This document shows positions 38,188 to 48,247 of a stretch of DNA of 64,000 nucleotides, piece after piece (position 1 is the stretch's first letter; every line of letters starts with the position of its first letter). The notes under the pieces were generated by a model, which saw only the letters and a list, made by a program, of their open reading frames with translations, was not told the DNA's origin and searched no databases. The position numbers and the translations under genes were made by a program. The stretch comes from Guillardia theta CCMP2712 (taxonomy: Eukaryota; Protista; Cryptophyta): the NCBI RefSeq assembly GCF_000315625.1, contig NW_005434606.1:1-64000 (forward strand). The letters are read 5' to 3'.

Positions 38188-39419
38188 TCATACCATCTCT
38201 GTCGCCCATCGCTTGAAGTGCGACGGCATGTCGAACTTGTTGAGTATCTCCGTCACCTGCCCAGCTTTCTCAGCGCAAACTTCCCTCACAGTCTCAGCTC
38301 ACCCGACGAGCTGACAGCGCCAGCTGAAACTCCCTGCATACAAAACGTGAGCTCCCAGCACGGGCTCTGCAGGCCTTGAGCTGGTCTACCTGTGCTCACG
38401 AGGTACCCCACCAGGATGGTTCGTCTTGTCACTCCACATGACAAGCTCGAGAGCCAGCAGGTTGTCAACCGCATGCAGGCACGACGTGTAAAGTGACCTG
38501 CCCGCCCTGTTAGCTCTCTGCTGTAACCCAGCTGACCTACTCGATGGTGGGGGCCTCGAGCTGGGCTAGGCTCCTTCCCTCCTCCATGATGAGCCCAGCA
38601 GACGAGGCCGCGTGCCGGTTGGCGCTGACGAACTCGGAGAGATGCGAGTAGACCGACTGAGTGAAAGTCAGCTGGAGGGCAGCTGGGGGAGGTCGGCAGA
38701 CGTAGGTAGAGAGTCGCGAGCCGATGGAAGAGAGTCTGCGGATGGCGGCGAGGACGGCAAGATCGACGAGAGAGAGCCCGGCGAGAAGTTCCGCCCTGCT
38801 GTGGAGTGAGCGAGGGAGGAAGGGAGGAGGAGGGAGGAGGAGGGAGGAGGGAGGGGAGGAGGGAGGAGGGAGGGGAGGAGGGATGAGGATCGGGAAGGAA
38901 TCTGAACCATGAGTCGAAGGAGCAGGCTCCTGCTGCTACTTCAAAGTGTGCAGGACGAGGGAGGCAGTCGTCGACAGTCAGCGCTGAAAGAGCTGAAATC
39001 TGCGAATAGAAAAATCAAAAATCCCCGTCTTGTTCTCCTGCTCTCCTGCTCTCCTGCTCTCCTGCTCTACCCAAATCTTCGATTTCATTTTCCATCTGCT
39101 CTCCTCTTTCTCCTCTTCCCCACTGTCTCTCCTCCTCCCTCTTCGTCCTCACCGCCCAGTTGAACAAGGCAAACTTGCTGGTGGTGGACAGAAACATGGT
39201 CTGCAAAGAAAGTTACCAGGATGAGGGAGGAGGAAGCGGAGGGGAGGGAGAGAAGGAGAGTGAAGACAGCAAGAGAGGGCTGGGCTGGGGAAGGAAAGGT
39301 TGAAAGCACAGGACGCACCTTGAAGGATTGATGAAAGAGAGCGTCTGTCCGCAACCGATTGACTAGAGCAACAGTCAAACACCCTTCTGACGGCCCTGCT
39401 GCTCCTGCTGCTCCTGCTG

Positions 39420-39459
<40 letters not shown>

Positions 39460-40056
39460 TGCTGCTCCTGCTCCTGCTGCTCCTGCTGCTCCTGCTGCCC
39501 CTGCTGCTCCTGCTGCTCCTGCTGCTGCTGCTCCTGCTCCTGCTGCTCCTGCTCCTGCTGCTCCTGCTGCTCCTGCTGCTCCTGCTGCTCCTGCTGCTCC
39601 TGCTGCTCCTGCTGCTCCTGCTGCTCCTGCTGCTCCTGCTGTTTTCAATTTCTACCTTCACTACCATCTTTTCCATCATCTTTCTCCTTCTCCTCTATTA
39701 CAACTTCTTCCACTGCTACACCTTCAACTCGCGGCATACCTCTGTCGTTGAACGCATGATGATACTTTCGGAACGACTCTGCTCTCAAGTCAGCCTGCCA
39801 GAACTTGCACGAGAAGGCACAGGAAGACGGCAAATCAAGAAGCAAGAAGGAAGAGGAATGAAGGAGGAGAAGGAGCAGGAGGAGATACCAGGAGATTTGC
39901 TGATAAAATGCTCCGGGAGGCTGACAGACGAGCAAAGAACCTCGAGGGTCATGTGAGGGTCAGGTGGCTGCATGAAGAAGATCTGCCGGCCTGAACAGAG
40001 AGTCAGAGAAAGAAAGAAGAGGCGCAGACAGAGAAGGAGGAGCAGGAGCAGGAGCG

Positions 40057-40100
<44 letters not shown>

Positions 40101-40861
40101 CTGAAAATCTTGATCTCACTCTCTTCTCCAGGAGGTCCATGCACTCCAGACAATTTGACAACCCCAAGACAACCTGCCGTCCTCATCAGTGCCTCATCAA
40201 AACTGGTCTTCCTCTTTCTCCTCCTCCTCCTCGTCCTCCTCCTCGTCCTCGTCCTCCTCCTCCTCCTCCTCCTCCTCCTCCTCCTCCTCCTCCTCCTGTT
40301 AGTGATGGCTTTATTCGCTCNNNNNNNNNNNNNNNNNNNNNNNNNNNNNNNNNNNNNNNNNNNNNNNNNNNNNNNNNNNNNNNNNNNNNNNNNNNNNNNN
40401 NNNNNNNNNNNNNNNNNNNNCGATGCTGACCAACGACGCCGGAGAGGTCACAAGCCATATCAACGGCCTGCTGATGCGAACGACCAAGATGCTGGAGTGC
40501 GGGATTAAGCCTCTGTACGTGTTCGACGGGAAGCCGCCCGAGCTGAAGAAGGACACGCTTGAGGAGAGGAAGGAGAGGAGGGAGGAGTCAGAGGCTGCCT
40601 TGGCCAAGGCAAAGGAGGAGGGAGATGAAGAGGTACCTTGAGTGATCCTACATCCTCTCCTCATCCTCCTCTCCTCCTCTCCTTGGCTGCTGCCTCAGCT
40701 GTCGTTGGTCGCAGCGGAGAAACTGACGAGTCATGGTCAGGCTGTGGAGAAGTTTGCTAAGAGGACTGTGAGGGTCTCAAAGGAGATGACGGAGGATGCC
40801 AAACAACTTCTACGGCTTATGGGCGTCCCAGTGAGTCTTGTCCTCCTCCTCCTTTTTCTTA

Positions 40862-40896
<35 letters not shown>

Positions 40897-43747
40897 CTCC
40901 TCCTCGTCCTCGTCCTCGTCCTCGTCCTCCTCCTCCTCCTCCTCCTCCTCCTCCTCCTCCTCCTCCTCCAGTTAGTCATGACTCTCTTCACACAGTCCTC
41001 TACGTCTTGTCTCATCCCACTCACCACTTGAGCCTTCGGCGACTGCGTCAGGTCCAGCAGGTTGTAGAGGAGACTCTGCCAGCCGAGTTAGTGCTGGAGG
41101 TCAGCTGGAAGAGGCAGGCAGACCTGGCGGGGATGGGCCGCAAACATGTGGAACTCATCGAGGATGAAGAAGATCGGCTGAGATAGTTGCCGGCAGCTCT
41201 TCACCAGCTCAAAGAGGAAGTTCATCGAGTGCTCCGCGTTCTGAATCTAGAGCGACAGTCAGGCCTGCTGCTGCCGCCGCCACCACCACCACCACCACCT
41301 CTCTTCCTCCTCTTCCTCCTCTTCCTCCTCCTTCTCTTGCTTCTCCTCCTGTCCCTACTCCCCTTGCCCTCACTGCTTGCCCCCCCTCTCTTCTAACCTG
41401 CTTGAGCTCGAACTCGAACTCGTGCTCGGCATTGAGCTCGTCTAGCAGGTAGAGCTGCCTAGCCGTCTCCCTCATCGCCTCCACGTCTGTTCGCTGCACC
41501 AGCCCGTTGAGACGGACCAGGAGGAAACCTGGGAACGGATGCTCCCGCTGCAGCTGCTTCAGCACCTCCTCCACTACCGAAGTCTTGCCCGACCCACTAG
41601 CACCAAGTCAGTGACATCTTCAACAGCAATCCTCCCTCCCATTCCCTCCCCTTTCGCTCTCTCCCGCAACCGAATCTCTTCCTCTTCTCGCACCTCGGTC
41701 CCAGCAGAAGAGCAGATCCGTTTGCTTTGCGGAGGATGCAGCCTTCGAGAATGTTTCTGACCTCAGCTGCCTGCTCCGTCAACCCGCAGAGTTTCTTGGA
41801 GGAAGAGGAAGTGGAGCAGGAAGAGGAAGAAGAGGAGGAGAACGACAAGGGAGAGGAGGACATCTGTCGTCTCAGCTGGCAGACAACACTGTCCAGCGCC
41901 TCCTGATAGACTCCAGCTGGCTTCGAGCTGCCTGATAGCTTACCCAGCAGTGAGGACATGCAGGTCCGTAGGTTAGCACCGGACTCGTCACGTTTACTGT
42001 ACTCGCCGCTCCCTCCAGCTGTTCGCACCATCGCTTTTGCCGTTGCGAAGAAGGTCGACGTTTTGTCCTCGGACGAGGAGGCGGGGGAGGAGGAGGAGAA
42101 GGGCTGAGGGCGGACGAGGGAGGAGGAGAGCGCAAGCTTTCTCTGTACCGGCTTGCGCTGGGCGACTCGGCCTTGATCCTGATCGCCATCGAAAAGAGAG
42201 GTGCGCGACACGCGGTTCCCTCCCCTTCTTCCTCCACTCTCCCCCGCCGCCACCGTCTCTGGAGTCTCCCAAGCACTTTCCGTGTGCATTGGATCTTTCC
42301 TCGATGACGCAGCAGCTTCTGCTGCTTTAGATGCGGAAGAGGAAGAGGACGAGGAGGCTGCCTCTTTCCTCCGCTTGGACTTTCTCTCCTGCTCCTGCTG
42401 CTCCTGCTGCTTTTCCTGCTCCTTATGCTCTTCCCCTTGCTCCTTTCCTCCTGCAGGAGCTGAAGGTTCCTCCTCCTGCTGGTCCCTGGCTCCAGCTTTC
42501 TCCTTGTCTCTCCTCTCAGATTTCTCCTTCTTCCCCTCTCCTGCACTGGACGTGAACGCACTGACTCCAGCACTGACTCCAGCACTGACTCCAGCACTGA
42601 CTCCAGCAGGCACTTCCTCGATCTCCACATGCATGCGCTTTGCCTGTATGACCCGTTTCACCGAAAATTGGGAGAGAAGAGTGGGAGTAAAGTCAGAGGA
42701 GCAGGAGAAGGAAGATGAAGTCAGAAGAGGAGATGCGGAAGAGTCAAGTTGGAGGAGAAGTACAACAAGGAGGAGGAGGAGGAGGAGGAGGAGGAGGAGG
42801 AGGAGGAGGAGGAGGAGGTGGTGGTGGTGGTGGTGGTGGTGGTAATGGTGGTGGTTGAGACGGAGCACATCCCTGGGGAGAACAAGGGAGGAGGAGCGGA
42901 TGAGGAGCGGAGGAGGAGCGGAGTCGCCCTACCTTGCTCTGCGTCACCTCCCCCTCCTCGGGAATGATCGTCTTCCACCTGATGAAGCAGTTTCACATCT
43001 TACAAGAAGAAGACCCGGCAGAATATCTTACATGCTGTCATGCCGGCACGCGGCCTTGCTCTTCATAACCTCCCGCTCGCATCTTTCGAACGCGGCCTCG
43101 TTGGAGCCATACGTCGCCTGCCACTCGTCGAGTTTCTCTTGTACCTGAGCAAGAAACTCACTAACAGATCGTGTGAAGTCACCGACAACGTAAAAGAGAA
43201 GCTGTGAGATTGAAGAAATAGAAAAAAAACATAAAATTTAACAGCAGATGCACTAGCGACTTACCCGCTTGCATGTGTAGAACTTGTTTGACAGGCGATC
43301 ACACAGCAGCGACACGTAGCTAGAGTCTTGGCCCGCAGGAGCTGAGCCGAGAAGAGCCGCACCGAAGGATTCTGCTCTGACAGCATCTAGGAGGGCTGTC
43401 ATCCGTACCTTGGTCCAATCCTCTGCTGTTGTGAAAGCTCCGTCGCCCTTCATCGCAGACATGTCCTTGCAATGGACTTCTTGTTCTTTTCCTTTGGCCT
43501 TATCCCCTTCGTCCTCGTCTTTGTGCGATACAGCTTTCTTAGTCCCTACATTTCTTGCCTTGTTCGTTGTTTTCGGCTGCGCCGAGCCCCCGTCCATTTT
43601 GGCGTCAACCGAGCTCTTCTTGTTTTCCACTATCTTTCTTCTTGTCATTGCAACTTTCTTCATTTCGTTTTCTTCGTCTTTCTTCTCTCTCTTCTTCTCC
43701 TTCTCCACACCCTCGTCTTCCTTCAGCTCTCTTCCTCTCGTCCGCAT
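38188..43747 (-). CDS. ORC4: Origin recognition complex subunit 4, multi-exon, with long N-terminal extension
   Basis: Spliced exons: [10 protein letters not shown]|..[45 protein letters not shown]|[17 protein letters not shown]|[24 protein letters not shown]|[17 protein letters not shown], ending [19 protein letters not shown] (stop 38188). Inclusion of 42950-43747 is less certain. Confidence 0.88.
39393..39640. repeat. (CCTGCTGCT)n microsatellite in an ORC4 intron
   Basis: Direct tandem repeat. Confidence 0.95.
40321..40420. other. 100-N scaffold gap
   Basis: N characters. Confidence 0.99.
40421..40830 (+). pseudogene. FEN1: Flap endonuclease 1 fragment (two exons of the XPG-N domain/helical arch), antisense inside an ORC4 intron
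   Basis: [42 protein letters not shown]...|[30 protein letters not shown]. No 5' part (gap) and no I-domain exons follow; may be a misassembled piece of an intact gene. Confidence 0.85.
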
Positions 43748-43799
43748 GGCTCCTTTCCCTTTTTGGAAGGTATCACCCCCCACCCCTACTCTAGTCGCT

Positions 43800-43810
43800 C
43801 TAAACCCTAG
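43800..43810. promoter_or_regulatory. Telo-box-like motif CTAAACCCTAG upstream of ORC4
   Basis: Single telomere-like unit ~50 nt 5' of the putative ATG at 43747. Confidence 0.4.
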
Positions 43811-44084
43811 CTAGAGAGCAAAAAAGGTAATACCGTATGTCATTACTCAAAGTTAAGTTAAAAATCAGTACGAGGACAATCAGGAGAGACGACTCCGAGG
43901 AGGCTTGACCCTGACACTAGTGAGCAAAGTAAGTCGCACAGGCCAAACGGCGTGAAGAGAAAAGACAGCGAGAACCAAACCCAATCCTGTTAAATCCTGC
44001 CAACTCCTGTCCCCCAAACGTAACTGATACGGCCGTACTCCGTACAGTGGGGTAGTACCTCACCCTTCAAGCCTTTGCTTACGG

Positions 44085-45490
44085 TTCGGGCCCGCCCGAC
44101 CGTTCTGGGGTCACTGTCAAACCGCGTTGGTCTTTATTAACGCAAAAGAGCCGCCTCGGTCGGACCGGGGCGGCCGGTCCCGGGTTCAACGGTTGACTGA
44201 GTCAGTGAGCCAAGTTAGTAGCCTCAGTACCGTACCGTACGCCGAACTTAATCCGTCGGGCCCGGCCCGGCCCCCGTACGCGGCCGCCCGGAGCGCGGCG
44301 ACTACTCAGTAGTAGACTTTGATTAAAGAAGTAGCCTGTCACAGTGTAGCACTCCGTTCAGGTAGCTTACTGCAAGTCCGACTGAGTACGGTAGTGAATG
44401 ATCGGCTGAGTGCCGTTGCCGGGTGATCGCCCGGCCGACTCCGGCGAGGCTTGGACCGTACGGGTCACCGGCCCCGGCGGTGCCGCGGTGCCGCGGCCAT
44501 TGGCGGCACACCGTACAATCATCGGATCACTAAGTCTTATCATGAGTCTCGGCGCCGTGACCGGCCGGCCGCCCGGTCGGAGACCGCGGGCCGGGCCCCG
44601 GGCCCGGGTCTATGGCACTCGGAGGCTGCAGCCCGGGCTACTATGCCCTGAGGGCCGCCGGCCGGCCCCGGCGGCCCGGGCCCGGGCCCGTGCCGCAGGG
44701 CGGCGGCGGGCGCGCCGCGCCGCCGCCGGCCCGGGGCAGTGAGCCGCGGCGACCGTCGGGTAGGACGACAGTTCCGGTGACGGACCCGGCGACCCATCAC
44801 TGTAGTTTCAACTGAGGGCAACCGTGAACGAGAATGGTGCCATGATTGATATTAGCGGCTCCCGGCTCGCATCGCGCTTGACCTCACCGGGCCGTGACCC
44901 CGTGGCGGCCGGGCCGGTGCGGCCGGGCCGGGCGATCCGATCATGGTGACCGTACCGTCACGCCGTACTACGGTACTATAGTACAGCGATCGGACCGACG
45001 TGTTTTCCGGCACTGGGAAGCCTGGTTCGGTTGAATCGGATCGGATGGTCACCGCCGTCAGTCTTCGGAACTGAGGCTCAGAGTACCGTACGCCGCCGGG
45101 TCACCGGGTCCGGTCAGGCCAGTGACTCAGGCCCCGGCCCAGGACCCAGCCAGGATCAGATCGGCCGGCCGTAAGATACTCATCAGATCGGATCGGACCG
45201 TCCGACGGTCAGATGAGTGGATCACGAGCGTCTCAGTGGTGCTGCACGGCACTGCACACGCGCCGCCACCGCGCGGCGGCTCCGAGCAGCGGCTGAGTCA
45301 CCGATTCAACGGGACTCCGGGACTCCGAGGCTCCGGAGGCTCCCGGACCCCGCCGCGCTGGAAGCCTAAACTTTGAAACTCAACTCCGTGACAGGCAGAC
45401 TCCTCAAGTCCGTGACCGCCGATGATTGCGACGGTTCAACGAATTCCTCCGATCTCTTGATTCATATGCCCCATGCGGCGCCTGGCGGGT
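44085..45490. promoter_or_regulatory. GC-rich intergenic island 5' of ORC4
   Basis: Same word vocabulary as 12820-13575 (GATCGG, ACCGTAC, TGACTC, GGTTCAAC, CCCGGGCCC). Confidence 0.45.
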
Positions 45491-47037
45491 CAACCGTGGG
45501 TGAGGACCCGAATCGTTGAGGTTTGAGTGAGTGTAGCTTCAAAATGGTCACGCCTGAGGGCGCAAGCAAGCGCAAGCGCCTGAGGGGGTGAGCATGCGCG
45601 TTCAAGTTTGAGGGAGTATATCCTCTTACATGCTTTTACAGAGGGTCCATAGGCTGTAACTTGCATTGCTCTCCTTGCTTTGCTTGCATTGCTGTTTGAG
45701 ATTTCTCTGAGAGCCTTCAGACTCATGGCTCTGCCCTCAGTGTTGACACTTTTCAGCTCCTCGAACTTTTGGACGTCAACCAGCCAAGGCCTCCTCCCCT
45801 TGTCACTGGCTCGTTAGAGGTGTACTGTATGAGCGCTTGTGCTGCCAACAGCTGGAAAGGAGGATAAGGGTAGGAGGACACAGGCGATGGAAGAGTCCCA
45901 CCTGTTCTTTGACCTTTGCTGTGAATGAGTCCATTACACATCTTTCAAAGAATGAGATCATTTGTCGAAGAATGAGTTCATTGGGTTTGCTTTCATCAAC
46001 AGTTCATCTAAGGCTCATGGAATACTATTTTTACTAGGGCGAACGATGACGAGCATGCTGGGTTAAATGAATAAAGTGGTTGCCGTGTAGATGCTAGACA
46101 CGCGTGACACACAGCAAAGACAACAACTCCAAGACAAGGAAAGAGCTAGCTAAAACATAGCAAGCTCGTCCCTCCTTTGCTCCAGACACTTATAATGAAT
46201 TTTGGGCATTAGCACTTGGAATGATTGTATGGGCTAAAAGATGAAATATACGTCAGATTAGACAAGGAGCAAATCGATGAGGCGGATTAAACCAACAAAA
46301 TGGCAGCGTGGTCTTGAGTGTACCAACACCTGGCTGAACGTTGTATTAAGAGTAAAATCCCCTAAATGTTGAAAACACATTCTAGCTCGCTTTAGCAAGA
46401 GACTTGCAAGCTCGTTTGATAATGCAGCTCAATCCGATGCTTCATACTGAAGCTGATCCAACAACATCGATGCTGATCAGTAGCTTACAATGTTTGCCTT
46501 TCCCTCGCTCTTAGATCCCAAAAAAATAACGAATTTCAACGACGTGCTTATTGTAACCCGACATGGCGTGTCGTCAAGTGACAGTTATCATACATTGCCA
46601 TTCCGTGCCTCCCTCACATCTTATATCTTAACTTGTACTAGTCTATCTCCTCCATCTGAGCTTTCATCACAGCAACTCAGATACTTCCCGTCTACGCTCC
46701 CGCCCTCGTTGTCTTGTGCCTCTGAGATGCGCTTGACCGATCTGGCGATGCAGCCAAGCGCTTTTCGCTTCCAGTCTGACAGCTGATCGAATCGATCCTT
46801 GTCGATGCCAAGAGCCCCGACATGCTCGTCCCAGGAATATCGCTCAGACAAGTTGTTGAGGGACACTGATCGTTGCATAGCTGAGCGAACAGGTGCAGCT
46901 GGAACAGAGCTGGAAGGAGATTTCCCACAATCAGGAAAGAAGTGACTGGCAGAGGATGGGGGGGGAGAGGAGGAGGAGGAGGAGGAGGAGGATAGGAAGG
47001 TGGAAGAGATGCAGATGTCGTCCTGGCTGACGGGCAT
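45490..47037 (-). CDS. Multi-exon hypothetical protein with villin-headpiece-like motif
   Basis: Exon 1 (46633-47037) contains LGIDKDRFDQLSDWKRKAL; downstream exon-like segments run to ~45490. Confidence 0.4.
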
Positions 47038-47329
47038 GTCTGGCTTTTCTTGTTCGCTCTTGTTGAGACTTTTATGGAGAAAAGGGAAAAAAAGTTTACA
47101 AGAATACTTTTAGCCGGTTCAGGTGTCAAACTCGAAATGTATTGTTTTCGAATCTTCCTTAGTTTAAGAGCCGGTACTTTGCGCCGGTACGTACCTGGTA
47201 CGAGCCTGAGGGGTCACATGAGTCCGCGTCCGAGAGCTTCGAGTTCGGAGTTCAGTCCGATTACTGTCAGCGTGTCACACTACTGGCACTCCAACATTTA
47301 CTCAAAGTTAAGGTAAAAATCAGTACCAG

Positions 47330-48060
47330 TCTGAGGGTGCTCGGATGGTACCGTGACTCCGACACCCGTCGCGGCGCGGCGGGCGGCGCCACGCCGCGGG
47401 TTCAACCCCCGGCCGCGGCCCGGGTCACCGGGGGCCGGCGGCCCGGCCGCGGTTCACCGTCACTGTGACCCCCGGGCGGCGAGGCCGGGGGCCCGGATCA
47501 CCGGTTGAAGAGGCCACTGACGGACCGCGCCCGGCCTCTTTTGTCTCACGCCACTTAGCCTGGCATGCCCGCCCAGCCCCCGGCGCGCGGCTCACCGTGA
47601 GTACGGTCGGTCAGTCCGAGACGGTCGTCGCAGGCCGCGCTCCCGGAGCCTGGTCCCCGCCCCGGTCTGAGGCAAGTTGCCACCGCGCCCTGGCGGTCCC
47701 CCGGTCCGCCGATGATCAGCGCCTCTTGAAGGCCAGTGACTCGAATTCAGGCCGGAAGAGGGCGCGCGGTCCGTCGCGGCCCCGCGGCCCGGCCGGGCGG
47801 CCGGGATGGCATCGGATCAGTCAGTGACAACCGTGAACTTGAAACTGACGTGAACTTCAGGCTTGCCAACCGACAGCATCGGGGCGGAGCCTCCGCCGAG
47901 CCGCCGGCCTAAAAGACTCTCGAACGATAGGCTCGGTTGAACGGACTCGGGACGGTCATACTGGAGTCCGAAGGCCCGTGACCTGAGTGATCCGGCGGTC
48001 TACACTACGGTAGAGCCTAGCCTAGTAGCCTGGGCGACTCGAGCTACAACTAGGCTATCG
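47330..48060. promoter_or_regulatory. GC-rich intergenic island
   Basis: Same vocabulary as the other islands; lies 5' of the minus-strand gene starting at 47037. Confidence 0.45.
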
Positions 48061-48247
48061 ACAAGCAGCCTGCCACCGAAACTCCGAGGCTCAGTTTACT
48101 TTCAGCGATCTCCAAACGATCAGACATCAAGAGCCTGAGAGGGTTCACTGGCCAGAGGCTGACAGTGAGCATGAAGGAGGAGGGAGGAGGGAGGAGGGAG
48201 GAGGGAGGAGGGAGCCTGCGGAGGAACTTAAGGAGGCACCACCGTAG

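Noticed and set aside
43790-43815. Telomerase RNA template
   Set aside because: Only an isolated telomere unit directly upstream of a protein gene; no supporting snRNA-type promoter or structure was recognised.
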